Shown: positions 13,191 through 25,960, counted from the whole stretch's first letter. The stretch is 62,818 nucleotides of DNA, filler included, from Polymyxa betae A26-41 (GCA_003693705.1; 7 parts of 7 records of this genome joined end to end with filler, not necessarily neighbours in it), one strand, 5' to 3'. Notes: generated by a model from the sequence alone, not told the origin. A program made the numbers and translations.

Positions 13191-15799
13191 GCCGGTTTCA
13201 TCACTTTTGTGTTTTTTATTGCCCAGAATTTTCCATTACTGTACTGAATTCCAGTCGATAAATTCCCATTCTGTCAAAGTATTCAATGGCGATTGATTGC
13301 TGCAGAAAGTCCAGCACTTTCATTTATGTAAATTGCTCCAAAAATGCTCATCTTGCGGTCGACAACGGCGGTGGCCCCGTCGGGTTTAGGTCAGGCGTCG
13401 GAAAGGAGGTAAACGCCCAAGAAGTCCCAGATTTCTTGCAGAACAAAAACGGTGCTTTGATACAATTTCAAACCAAAAAACAGAAATCGCTCGAATACAC
13501 ATGAGAGAGGAAGGAAAGTCCCCAGTTGTTGTCAGTAACAACTCAGCCATTATAATACCAATCTTCTTCAAAAACGTCGTATTTTATGCCATATTTTTGA
13601 CAGCTCTGGTTTCGCAAAGGATTATTTTAAAACGGACGACAATCTGCATTAAAGCCATTTCAGCCGCTGATATGCAGTCTAGAAGACACTCGGATTCGAC
13701 AAATATCGCCATAAAAATGAGAGCAAACGAACATTGAGATATGGTCAGTTCGCAAGAGAGACGAGATGAGATCCTGATAGATACGGAGAATCATGACACT
13801 TAGTCGATTAGAATTATTTTGTATTGCAAGAATCAATGAGGCGGATTCTTTCAAAGACCTAAATTTTCAGAAATGAGCAGTTTTCAATGATGGCAATCCA
13901 AAATCGGTGCATTTGATATTGAAGACGTTGAGTAACATCTACTGCCGTAATCATTCAATGAGCTGCACCATTCGATAGAATCCAACAGATGAACAAACCG
14001 ACGGCGATCTCGAAATCGAATCTCTTGAGCATCTTGTCGTAATGTATAGCCATGCAACGTATCCGCCAGGAACGACTGATGGATACCCGTGTAACAGCAG
14101 CACGAAGATTTGAACAGACTTATTCCCGACTGTGCTCTGTAACAGAGCTACAAACATGCCTTAATTGAATGCTCATATCAGCTGATGGCCGTAGTACATA
14201 CTGGCTGGGAGCGGACGGTCAATAAGAACGTACAGAAGCAAGTCATTTATTCACAGCGGAATGTTCACCACGCTCGAGCAACTGGTATTCGAAACGTTAC
14301 CGTAACGTAACTGGGCTAATTACAATGTCTGGATCGATGGGCATGTCCGGATCTCGTAACAGATCCAGTCGAATGGCATTGTGGTGCAAAGTTTGCGTTC
14401 AGATTGGTCCAGTGTCGAATTTGTAGACTGAATAAACGATCTTGGTAGGTCTGTACTCAGCCAATCGGTTGAACTGCTCTTAGAGGCCCGGCGGATCCGT
14501 AACGCCTTCATAGAAAGATGGCACGGATAGGGGCAATTCGGACAAATCCTGAAGGCTCCTTCATCTCCGGGCCCTGTGCTATGGGACAAAAGTGGCGTCT
14601 TCTTCATATTATAGCACCTATAAACCATTCCAATTTCAGTCATTCCAATCCATGTCTCCATGCAATCTCCACACAATATTTGCCTCCGATGCACGACTTT
14701 TTCATCGCTTCGAATGAGATTAAATAATTGGTGAATTGCCGAACAACCCCGAAATCATTTTAACGGGCTCTGAAACTATTTGGGCAATTATTTTCTAGCC
14801 ATGGAATGCCGTTTGTTGATTAGAAATCAGCAAACTAGTCGAGTCGAATCCAGCCCTTTTGATGTTACTCCCCCCAACACTGGTAGAATGAAATGACAGT
14901 ACTGCTGGCGCAACCTTCTGTGGTCCGGTACGTCCTCAATAATTCACGGAAACGTCCTTATGCTGTATCTGATTGTACGTGCAGTTTTGGCACGATGATC
15001 CCAGATTGGATCTGTTCCCGGATCTGGGCGTATATCTTCAGAAGCGGTTACGCTGCATTCAACGATACCATTGATGTTACCTCGCATGGTTTGTTGACCA
15101 ATAACGTGAACGATAGCTGATCATCAATCGGAGCCCGATATTAAGGCTGCTTTCCGTTCAGCAATTAATCATTCTCTATATCACACCATTTCTTCATTCT
15201 GGGTGTTATGATGAATTAACAGTCCATTATAATCGGTGACGTAATCTCACTGTGGGTAACGTTTGTACAATCGAGACCATTTGGGCCACTTTCAGCCAAT
15301 CGCAATAATGGACGCGTTAGAAAAATGGAGCCGCGCGAGTAGCAAGTTGACCCCGAAAGTCGCCCGTTCCTATCTTCAAAACAGAGGAGAGCTCAAATAT
15401 TAGGTAATACAATGAGGCGTATCTCTTTTCTGACTGGCTGCTGTCGGGACTCCCAGTCCGGTCCAGTACGACCTGACCATCAACGAGGCTGAGTCACGAC
15501 ATCCACGGCGTTCGTAGCGAGAATGTGTCTGCTGTGTTTATTCATAATAGAATCGGATTTATTACTACCAATTCGATTTCGCCAACTTTCGTAGTGGAAT
15601 TCGTGTTCCAGCTAAAAACCTACCAGCCCCAGCTGAAATACGTTACAACAATCAGCAAATAAATATATTGGATCGGACCTATGGTGGGATACACGCCCTT
15701 CATTCACAGAACCATCCGCCACAACAACATACTCCGGGAATGTATTCCCGCCCAGTCATATAATCAGGCTATTGAAATCAGTTTGGGCAAAAATAGCAA

Positions 15800-15872
15800 C
15801 TCCGAAACGGGGAATTGAACCCCGGTCCCACCCGTGACAGGGGCGAATACTAAACCACTATACTATTCATTT
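15800..15872 (-). tRNA. tRNA-Asp(GTC), probably a pseudogene (5' acceptor strand damaged)
   Basis: A-box TAGTATAGTGG, anticodon arm CGCCC-CTGTCAC-GGGTG, T arm CGGGG-TTCAATT-CCCCG, 3' acceptor TTTCGGA-G and a downstream T5 terminator. The 5' strand AAATGAA pairs only at positions 5-7. Confidence 0.75.
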
Positions 15873-15904
15873 ATGGTGGTTGTGTCAAGGAAGATACGCC
15901 ACGA

Positions 15905-16004
15905 NNNNNNNNNNNNNNNNNNNNNNNNNNNNNNNNNNNNNNNNNNNNTTAATTAATTAANNNNNNNNNNNNNNNNNNNNNNNNNNNNNNNNNNNNNNNN
16001 NNNN
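15905..16004. other. Artificial contig linker
   Basis: N44-TTAATTAATTAA-N44. Confidence 0.99.
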
Positions 16005-16503
16005 AGGCCGCAGCCACATGCCGAGAAGTGTACTGCTTGGTACCGTCGAAGCAAGCCCGGCATGAGCGCAGAGGTGCCCCAGCAGCTAGAATAGACGACC
16101 GCGCAGTATCGGTCGATGATTTTCTCAACCAACTTGACATTGAAGTATAACGGAGCTTGATGTCGAGAGTATATGATAATGACAGTTTCAAAAATGATGC
16201 GAGAGCAGGCGGAGACAGAGCGACCGAATTCATTCGCCACAATGAAGAGACGGCTAGGCTCAGAGAAGCGACGGCAGACAAGAGCGCAAGCGCTTCGATT
16301 CTTCTGGTGACGTCTCCACTATTTGATCGGACAACATCTGGGACTCCTAAAACAATGCGAAGTCGATGCAGTTGATCTATTGTGAAGCGATATCTGTGTC
16401 GAGCTGTCTCTGGATATAAATCAAGAGCGAACGTGTTGGAACGGTCGATTTGCAGCACTTGGCGTGGGCGAATTTTGAAGATGCCAGATTCCATTAAAAG
16501 CAT
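16005..16503 (-). mobile_element. PIF/Harbinger (DDE_Tnp_4, HARBI1-like) transposase fragment
   Basis: RYRFTIDQLHRL...IEALALL, HTH EFGRSVSACSRII, GAPLRSC...FDGTK (first catalytic D). Frameshifted. Confidence 0.8.
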
Positions 16504-17608
16504 AATTGTCTTGACGAATCGTTAAAGGTTGAATTTGCTAGATCATAGAGTGAAAATCATTACTGCGAAGGCCTCTTTATCGCCCAGAGCTCGAAATCCG
16601 GCCATATTCGTATATTTACAAACAGGGATATAGAGTTTCGATCTGATATTCTGACGCGGGACCAATCCGAAGATTCTTCGTCTCACTGTATAGTGTAGGG
16701 GGTCAACAGCCTATCATAGGCTCAAACTCAAACTCAAAATTCTTCGAAGCGCTGGTTTCTGAATGCTTGAGTTTGAGATTCTGTGACGGAGAGCGAATCT
16801 CACAGTCAAACTCAAAACGCATCGAAAGTTCTCTATGAAATCACACCCTTATTTCGTCCGTTATTCTGTGTGCCACAGTATCGAGAACTAAGACCACGCC
16901 CAATCAGCGCTCGAAGACAGACCGACACTTCTCCAATTCTATCGATCCAGAAACGAGGGATAGTATTATATTCTTATGCTAGTTTATTCAAAACTTACTT
17001 CTTTTAACTTTAATTAAACGGGTACATAAATAAACCTTTTTTCCACTTTCTTTTCCTAAACCCTAACCCTGATGTCGATCGTCTCTGATCCGGATCACCG
17101 GCAAAATCACTGCCGCTGAATGCCTCGATTTGTCTATCGGAAGAAGAAAATCGTCAACCCCAAGAAGCAATGCTTTTGATTGGATTTGAGAGGACCCAGA
17201 TCAACATGATGATTGGAAAAACCCGCGATGGAAAAATCTGAAATGATCTGTAGAATTGATCACTGAAATGATGGAAAATCAACAGAATTATCGCTCAGAA
17301 TCCGAACCTGTGACGTTGCGGTCCGATTTAACACAATAACACCAATTATGATGAATGAAATGAATCCGAGTTATATAGAGGGTCACTGTCAGGATAATCA
17401 AGATCCGAATGAATTGATGAAGTTACAGACATCGACCTTGTTCACCATTTCAATCCAGAATCAATACAGACCAGCGATTGCATTCTCTTCATGTTTCAGA
17501 AATCAATTTTTTTTCCACTACTTGAACAATACATAACACACAGCGCAAACTCATCCTCTATATAATATATGAATAATACAATATTAATAATAGAACATTA
17601 TTCATACA

Positions 17609-18862
17609 TTAAAACAATGTATCAATCTCAGAACCTGGCTCAGCATAAGACTGAGCAGTCCGATAATCATAATCGACAATATCGGTCTTAATCAAGTCCG
17701 GGAACTCAAGCAGGACGCGCACAGCGTCCGCATTCCCTTCCTGTACAGCACGGTGTAGAATCGACCCGCCAGACCACGACCCAACTCCGGCAACCCAGCC
17801 GTCCGGCAACGACGCTCGCAGCAGCATGCGGAGCAGATCGTGCTGGCCCTCGGCCCTGATCAACGAGCGAACGACTTGATCGAGATGGGAGCACAAATCC
17901 ATGAAATCGCAGAACGGCGGACAGAAGAACGCCTCCGACCGCAATATGACGGAGACGAGATCAGAGCGCCCCGATTCGATCAGATCGTCGATCTGTAACG
18001 CTAACGCTCGGGTAACGAAACAAACGAACGGTAACAGGTCACGCAGGTCGGAAACCGAGAACTCCTCGATCTCTATTTTGTCCAAATGGATCGGCATCCC
18101 GAGGAGGAACAGTTTGCGGACCAGCACGGGCCGTGAGAGGATCTGGTGACCATATTCCTTGGAAATCTTTCCGGCGAGATTAAGAGCCGACATCGCGTTG
18201 GTCTCTGAGAGCAGGTCTGGTAGCTGTCCCCAGTTTCAGTTGTTGGTTGGAATCAAATACTCATAGGGCCGGATTGTATCAAGAATATCGGCAGGAATGT
18301 CGCTGATGCAGCGGTCGTTGGACATGGTTAGAGTCTTACACAGCCCTTCGAGACACTTCAGCTTCATGGGGTCGTTCTCACTTTCCGCGTTCAGCCAGAA
18401 GCTGATGTTGGCGACGAGGACCCAGCCGGGCGTCAGTTCGGCGACCGATTCGATTTGCCCGATCACTTCGGATAGGTTCATGATCACTTCAGGCTGAACA
18501 ATAACAATAGACAGGAGCCTATACATGAACAGAGGCGCCGTCTCTTCTGTTAAGAGATCTCTCAATACAGCGACAGTACTCGGTCGCTCTCTGCATTCAT
18601 TGATTAGCCATTTGATGTCGCGGATAAAATTCTCTTGAGAGGTCGGTAGCTGGACAACGATCCGGCTCAGGGGGAGGACGTCCCGGACTAATTCCAAATG
18701 CGGGTCCGGCCGGCCATGGCGGAACGCTGCCTCCAGAATCTCGTTAGGAGTGGGGCGGGCACGCTCCGGGTCCTGGCTACACTCCGAGTCACGACCGTCC
18801 TGGTCGAAGTCCATGGCAGCCACCGCCGCCAGAATCAGTGATGTAATTATGACAGCTCTCAT
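17609..18862 (-). pseudogene. Secreted ankyrin-repeat protein interrupted by one in-frame TGA (18236-18238)
   Basis: Signal peptide MRAVIITSLILAAVAA. ORFs 18236-18862 and 17609-18193 are in the same frame, 14 sense codons apart. C-terminal ankyrin GGSILHRAVQEGNADAVRVLLE. Confidence 0.8.
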
Positions 18863-19212
18863 GATCCCTGGCTGGAGACTCTTTGAATCTTGTACAGTAA
18901 CGTAGTAAAAGGGGGAGAGACTTTAGATGTAGAAGGCCAAATGGCCGGACCTGATTCACGGATTTTCGTGAGACCGCTCAGATTACATTGATCTTCCTTG
19001 ATTGATCAATTTTCATTCCGTCCGTAAAACTGTCTGTTCCGTTATTAGGTTCAGGACGCTTTTCAGTTAGAGATCGTTGGCTGACGAGGCTCCTGTAATC
19101 TATAACATCCCAATAAATTCAAATCCGCCTGTATGTCGCGGACCGAATCGACCAACACGAATAAGCGAGATTTCGGCCTCTTCGACGCCCAAATATCGCT
19201 TATCCATGACGA

Positions 19213-19435
19213 TGTTGGATTAGCTCAATCCACATCGGATCTCTAATGCGCAACCCGCACTTTTCTTGCATGGGTACGCGCCACTGTATGCCGCCATCGT
19301 CATGGATACCCTCCACTGGCACACAGCCTACACATACGCAATTAAATCTCCGTTAATATACTCACTCCTTTCTAATCATATAACGAGCTCAGCTCGGTCT
19401 CTAATAGATTAAGAGTCCCACTCTCCAGAGTAACC
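19213..19435 (+). mobile_element. 5' LTR plus PBS of a copia-like element at the contig end
   Basis: ...CTCTAATA followed by GATTAAGAGTCCCA (19407-19420), the same 14-mer that precedes the copia gag at 26130. The LTR start (TGTTGG) is inferred. Confidence 0.6.
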
Positions 19436-19535
19436 NNNNNNNNNNNNNNNNNNNNNNNNNNNNNNNNNNNNNNNNNNNNTTAATTAATTAANNNNNNNNN
19501 NNNNNNNNNNNNNNNNNNNNNNNNNNNNNNNNNNN
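19436..19535. other. Artificial contig linker
   Basis: N44-TTAATTAATTAA-N44. Confidence 0.99.
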
Positions 19536-20033
19536 GCTATCCCGTCAAGGTCAAAATCGTCATCGTTGATGACTATTTGAACTTCATCCACGAGCTCTGC
19601 ATCAGCCCGCTCAACTGCGAGGTTCTTTCGCTTGGCATCCAGCAAGAGACGAAGCTGGCGCTGTCGCTTAGTTGGAGGTGCCATTCCTTCTAAGATCCGA
19701 TCAAATGTGAGAAATGTGTGATTCGACAGCATGCAAATCATCACCGTACGGAAGAGGGTTGCGCCCGAGGCCGCGCAGAGGCCCCGCAGTCGGCAGCGCT
19801 ATAGTATTTCGTGTTTTCCCATACATTTCTCATTTCTTCTATGTCCCATACAAAAAAATTCGAATCACAGCTCTTGGATTTACTTTTTCGAAATTTTTTT
19901 TCGTAACTTTCTTCTAAACGATGAGATCTGTCGAATTACGAGATAATAATTTTGGTTGGAACCCTTTGGGAGGCCTCAATAGACCCCGACAATTCCCCAT
20001 ACAAATGTTGTCGGTTTAAGACTGCCCGCACTG
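19536..20033 (-). mobile_element. End of a Tc1/mariner-type DNA transposon
   Basis: Minus strand reads TA|CAGTGCGGGCAGTCTTAAACC. A closely similar terminus occurs at 60011. An ORF start (MAPPTKRQRQLR) runs into the gap. Confidence 0.55.
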
Positions 20034-20816
20034 TACGACATAAAATAACATGAAAAACACTAAGCAAGACCCTTAAACAACCCTATAAAAAGGAGTGGTC
20101 AAGGCGTATCAAGACTGCAATATGCAATAAACTTAATGACATTGTGATGTTCTGTATTGAGCTATGGATCGATTTTTTTGCAGCCATATTGCTGATCACA
20201 ATCCCATGGACTGGAAAGGTTTCAGATGTTAATCTGAAAAGAACGAGAATCACCTTACTAGGGCGAATAGTGACAGAAAAACCCGTTGATATCTTCATAC
20301 AATGCTCAGCTTAAAAAACACATTTAGAAATGGGAAGGGATTTGAAAACGTGAACAGAGGAGTTCATGGACCAATGTGGTCCAGGTGCTCATCCCTATAT
20401 TCCTTTAACCATAACACTTGTTACAGCTTTGCGATGACGGATGATAAAAAAAACAATGTTCTGACAGAGAATCGAACCCGCGTCCTTACGATGACTTTGC
20501 CCATCAGCTCTGATTTCTGACCAATATGTTTTTCGGATATTCCAGCTTGGTTTCCATTCTCTATGGCCAATCGCTCAGCGATCCCGAATCAGCACGAAAT
20601 CAACCTCGATTTTCATGTAACATTACTTTATCTGGCAGCAAGATTCCGATCCGAACCACTTCCCGGTCTGCGCTATTCGCGCTATGAGAAAAAGTGCCGC
20701 TCATATTATGACGCCAAATTCGCAAAGTCCCGTCAGCACTGTAACATAGCGATAATTTTTTTGTTTTTTTTTGTTTTTTGGGTTGTAGCAGTAACAGGTG
20801 ATGACACATTGGAATT

Positions 20817-22148
20817 TTATGAGTTGTTCGAGGCTGGGAAGAATGATGCGCAGATCGCGCGAATGATTTGTGGAAGCAGCCAGAATCGACGGCGCCGGAC
20901 GACCTCCGGAATGAACCGGATCTGCTCGTTCCTGAGCCACGCAGAAATGTGATCGAACGCTCGGCGACCATCCGCATCGCGCCGCTCGACATCGATCTTC
21001 GGGCTCCGTAATAACTCCCAGATGATAGGAACGCGACGGTATTTGACGGCCGCATGCAGCAAGGTCGTACCCATCCCCGGACATTGCACATTAATAAAAT
21101 CATTGATGATTGGATGCTGAATTAAAAATCGCAGCAGATCTAGATCGCTCTGAAACAGATCGTCAATGAGGCACGAAACGATAATCTCCGCCTCGGTCCG
21201 GAAACGAGAGAGAAATTGCGGCATCCGCAGCAGGGCCGCGGCCAGATCCATTTGGCCCGTACGGACCCCGGAATCCAGCACATAATAGCAGTCCGCAAAC
21301 CCGGGCAACAGCAGGGGATAGATCCGCGCCAAATCCTCCACCTGAACTTGCACCCGCCTGAAGAACTGCGCGGCGTCGAATCGCAGCCCGTAACGCAGCA
21401 GAGCCAGTACGACGCCGGGGTCGGCGAGGAGTCCGGCGACGGGCGTCCGCAGCAATAATTTGGCGGCGACGACGTGATTCCAGGGAAAGATGCGATCAAA
21501 GGGGGGCGGGAATCGCCGGCGGACTTGGCGGATGCCGCGGGCGGACAGCGACGAGGACCGCGGCTGGACCAGATCGAGCTGCTCCGTGATGAGCAGGACG
21601 GCATCGTGAATCTCCGCGGGAATCGCCGCCGCCTCGCCCAGTTCCAAGTCCGGCAACTGCGTGATCAAATGCGACGAATAGGTGCGCTGCTCGAAGGGAA
21701 ACGGGGCCGGTACGACGGCGGTGGCCGTGACGACCGCCGAGAACGCCGCGCCGTTCACGCATTGAATCAGGCGCCGAATCAGCCGGACTTTCCGTCGTGT
21801 GCGCAGGTGGCCGCGGAGCAGCCGATCGTACAGGCCCATGGCCTGCTGCGGAGTGATTCGCGATGAGAGGACGCGTAACTGCGGGACGGAGGGGACGAGG
21901 TCCGCGACCTCGTAGATCATGTCCGGGAGCCGCGCCGGCGTCCGGGACTCGAACAGGGCGTAGAATTGGACCAGAGGCCGCAGCGTTCCGCGCAGCCCGC
22001 GGCAGGTCGCGGCCAGGTGGGCCACGGACCGCGCGTCGTCCAGGCGGACGCCGACGCTCAGCACGAGCTCGTCGGGGAGGTCGCAAAGCCCGGTCGCGGT
22101 CGCGCCGCACGCGGCCAGGGCCAGTACGACCAGAGCCGCCACTCTCAT
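20817..22148 (-). CDS. Secreted F-box / ankyrin-repeat protein (candidate effector), 443 aa
   Basis: Signal peptide MRVAALVVLALAACGATA, F-box LCDLPDELVLSVGVRLDDARSVAHLAATCRGLR, ankyrin GTTLLHAAVKYRRVPIIWELLRSPKIDVERRDADGRRAFD. Intact, intronless and GC-rich. Confidence 0.85.
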   Translation of the reverse strand: MRVAALVVLALAACGATATGLCDLPDELVLSVGVRLDDARSVAHLAATCRGLRGTLRPLVQFYALFESRTPARLPDMIYEVADLVPSVPQLRVLSSRITPQQAMGLYDRLLRGHLRTRRKVRLIRRLIQCVNGAAFSAVVTATAVVPAPFPFEQRTYSSHLITQLPDLELGEAAAIPAEIHDAVLLITEQLDLVQPRSSSLSARGIRQVRRRFPPPFDRIFPWNHVVAAKLLLRTPVAGLLADPGVVLALLRYGLRFDAAQFFRRVQVQVEDLARIYPLLLPGFADCYYVLDSGVRTGQMDLAAALLRMPQFLSRFRTEAEIIVSCLIDDLFQSDLDLLRFLIQHPIINDFINVQCPGMGTTLLHAAVKYRRVPIIWELLRSPKIDVERRDADGRRAFDHISAWLRNEQIRFIPEVVRRRRFWLLPQIIRAICASFFPASNNS

Positions 22149-23422
22149 CGCCGTGAAAAGAATGGCGACAGGGACCGTGCAAGGACGACGGCGTCAAATG
22201 AGATTGTCCTCACGGACTTTCAGGTGTTTTCGGACGTTTTCGCCTATCTCAGTCGTATGAGAATTTCGAATTTTTTTATCGACTTTTGTCAGCTTGATTA
22301 TGTTGATCAAAACCCTAATTTGTTTATATTCGCTTTCTCATGAGAGACGAGAAATTCCCTTTACTGATGAGAGATAATAATATCCAATATCGCTTTAAAT
22401 CTCAGCCGTGAGCCATCAGCTATTTTTCGGATAACAAAAGTCATTGTCATGATAAATCGACTCTGGCGCTAAGATGGTCTTGATTCGATAACTCCATTTG
22501 CATCAAATAGGCTTCATTTCATGCGTAATTTCCTTTAGCGTTTTGCTCAATCCAAACATCTCGTTCTGATCGTGAATGAAGTTCAGATTGCATCGCATTT
22601 TTCTGTTCCCGTGATTCGAACAGTTGTATAATATGAGACCATCAGATTGGCTGGACGATAGTCTAAAGGGTGCGGAATCGCTCTGTTCCAGATAGTACGA
22701 CACGAAATGCGTAATAAAGTGATCAGTGAAAATTGCCATCTCTCTCTGTGTTTTGTAGCGCAGCAAATGAAAATAATTGAAGAGTTCTGCGTGAGGCCTA
22801 TTACCATATAACTGATGTAATATGAGACAATCAGATAATGTAGGATTTGATTTTATTCGACTAGTTCGCTGATTTTTGGTCAACAGGCGGCGTTATTTCC
22901 AAAACGCATGGCTGGAAAGTTTAGGCAATCTGCCCATTAGATAATGTAGGACGATTTCCCAACCGGTTCGAATTCGCTCGTACGAGGCTCGTCATCGCAG
23001 TTAAAGTTATAACGCTGTCATCATTGGGTTGTTTACGACATCAGATACCGAAGGAGCGACCAATTTTACCAGCTCGTCTTTTGTTATTTCGAAACAGATT
23101 CATGAAACGTATAGTGAGTGATCGCCTCGAGTCGCACCTCCGGAATATGCAGTTTCATATATACGAACGAGATAAGCCTTCTTGGTACCTAGGGTTTCAG
23201 TGTCGTCATAAAAAATCAAACTATTCGCCGCAGACGGACTCCGGTCCTCGGTTGTATCTGGAGCATATTGCACATGTATTAATGTTTGTAATTAAACTGA
23301 CATATTTGGGAAAATATCGTTGATTTTGGTCAAAAGGAGTGAGTTTGTTCAAAAGTCTGAGGCTTGGGTTCAGGGACAACGGATTCAGGCTCGTCAATGA
23401 TCTCTTCACTAAAAGGGGAATT

Positions 23423-23858
23423 TCATGTGTGATGAATTCTATGAAAGTCCTTCCAGAACTGACGTTTTAAACAGTTTTTTTCTAACTGTCTCTGTTGTTC
23501 CCAGTACTCCTGAATAGAGACCGGTAACCTTAATCCGGACTTTCCTTTCTTCTCAGCGTCTGACATCGACTTGCGGATCAAGATTTCTTCAAGCTGCTTC
23601 TGTAGTTCGGCCAACTTTACAATGAGCTCCTCTTCAGATAGTGCTTTAGAATCAGTCATTATTCGAAGTGAGAGTATGGAGCGTTGTGTCTTGAGTTGAG
23701 GTAGGTTCAGAGACAGGACTGGATTCTGTTCCAATACAATACATTAGTGGTTGTGATGTAACAAATCATGAGTGCAATGTAATACCAAGTTTAGTGACTG
23801 TGACAGCCTGGGAGAGGGCCAACATCATGCCAAAGAGAAGAACAAAGAGGAGCTTCAT
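23423..23858 (-). pseudogene. Small secreted protein gene with a short product or decayed 3' part
   Basis: MKLLFVLLFGMMLALSQA signal peptide. A 60-nt intron (23726-23785) gives ...KL-ESSPVSEPTSTQDTT...*. A coiled-coil-like continuation lies in another frame. Confidence 0.55.
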
Positions 23859-25960
23859 GGTTGAAGGGGATCGAGGGAGAGAGAAGCGAGAAATTCGATT
23901 TCAATAAAGATGAAGAGAATTGGGAATGAGAAGAGAGAGTTGGGGACCCCAAAGATCAAGGCGGGTCTCGCTCTTGCAATGGAAAGTTTCTACGCAGAGA
24001 GATTAATCGGATTAATCCGCAGAGTGGCAAATTGGGACTGAAGGGCTGCGCTGTGTCTCATCTCCGACTGCGAATCGGGAACATCCGCGTGTCAATGTGA
24101 GTGTGCAGTCTGGACTATATGATGATGTGCGCTATATTATCTCCGTTGGACAATTATACGACGCAGTGCCCTAATGGTTGCTTTCTCCAGGAGACCTTCG
24201 TCGGAAGGCAGTTCTTCACGAACTGGCCAATGCACGCGGCTATCATATTATCATCGGCATTGACCATTTGGCTGTCCTTTTATCCCAAAAGTCCATTTCC
24301 ATATCCCCTCTTCTTCCTGTCCGAATGTATCGTCTTGATCTGTTTCTGATAAAGCCTCGCTTACAACCAGAAGCTAAAGCGATTTGATCCCATCGTAGGA
24401 AAGACACAGCATGCGTTTTGCATCTCGAAAACTCCAAGTTCTGAAGCTTGGTCCGAGATCCACTAAGAGGTTCAAGATTGATAGGTTTATCACCAAAATA
24501 GCATAAATTGCGACTCCAATTCCAGAGCAAGATGCGAATGTGTGAAGGCAAATCTCAGAACTTTATCAAATTATCGTGACAAAGGGGTCGCGCAGCCAAC
24601 CAGAGGCCACGCAATAGGCTGCGCCACTCACTTTATCTGCTGCTTTTTTCTAACTACTTCTTACATACTGTAATCGATGACAGGCGCGCGACGTCGGGCA
24701 GCGGCCGCCCTCGGGACGAACAGCGACGTTTTATGCTGGAAGGCGATGGCGGCCTGTAAAGCGAGTAGGTGTCTGCAAATCTGCAGCAAGGCAGGGGGGC
24801 GACATCTGATTCCTCCATCATGATGATGAATTCGTAAAATATTTCACTGCAAGTACTAAGGACGTTGTAAACTAGTGTAGTCGTCCTGGCCCACTTCTGC
24901 CTCTGTCGATAGCTGCTTCGGGCCGAGGATTGTCATTTAACCTCTCCATCCCCAAATAGACCGATATTGCCATCGATGGCAGCCTTAACAGATGCCGCAT
25001 AGGCTGTGCGAAGGAGACAGGCGTCCTCTATACAGCCATTTCATATTTTACCATAGAAATCGAACTCATCGATTCGATAGTCCAAGATGTTGCCGAGATG
25101 CGTGCTGAGCTCCAGCGTCGCAATTCTGCAGAAAGGCATTTTATCGCGAACCACACGAAGAAACTCCCGGAAAGCGGCTACCTTGATGACCCTAGTGGTG
25201 TTGAAATCGATCATGACCCATTGATTTCGTCGTCCAAGATAAAGTTGAAGGAAATTTACAGGAAAATATCTTCGGACAAACTTAAATTGCAATGTTAAAG
25301 AGAGCAAATTTGATAATAGCCCCAGACCGAATCAACCCGCTGTATTCGATATAGAAACATCTAGATACGAATAAGCAGCAGCCATCCCTTTTTGACCGTG
25401 TACGACCAGAACATTCGTTAGCCCGAAATCATCTTAAGAACAATGCGATGGAATTGAAAGGGATTCATGTAGAGTTCACGAAACTCAGTTTGAAGAAGCG
25501 ATTTTTGGCCGAAGTACGAACACGGATGATATATTCGACGAGATAGCCTTTCATTACCGACAACCCTAAGAAAACTCTCTATCCGCAGGGATTCATGACT
25601 TCAGGCGACTCATCCCTAATAATCTTTGCGGTTAAACACAGCTTAAAATTATATATTTGCCTGTTTACGTTGGCACAGCTCATGAAGTCTGACAATCGTC
25701 TCCAAGCTCTGCTTATCATTGCTGTCAAATGCGTGATTTTTCAAGTTTTGAGTCTTGAAGTTAAGCCTTACCAGCCGCCATCGCCTTCTAGCATAAAATG
25801 TCGCTGTTCGTCCCCAGACCAGTTCTCTGGTCACGTTTAACCTTCTCCTATTTCTATCCTCTTTCGTTTCTACAATAAAAGCGAAGTTGAAAATCTCAAC
25901 ACCTGGCTTTCAATGATGATAATCGCACATTTCTGGGATGATGTTTTGCGACAGTTTGTT

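Noticed and set aside
14320-14694. CxxC...W...CPxC resembling half a RING finger
   Set aside because: The N-terminal half of the motif and a gene structure could not be reconstructed.
20445-20500. GGTTCGATTC B-box followed by poly-T on the minus strand
   Set aside because: Only a degenerate 3' tRNA-like fragment with no cloverleaf.
21140-22343. Many overlapping long ORFs on both strands
   Set aside because: Shadow ORFs caused by the high GC of the F-box/ankyrin gene.
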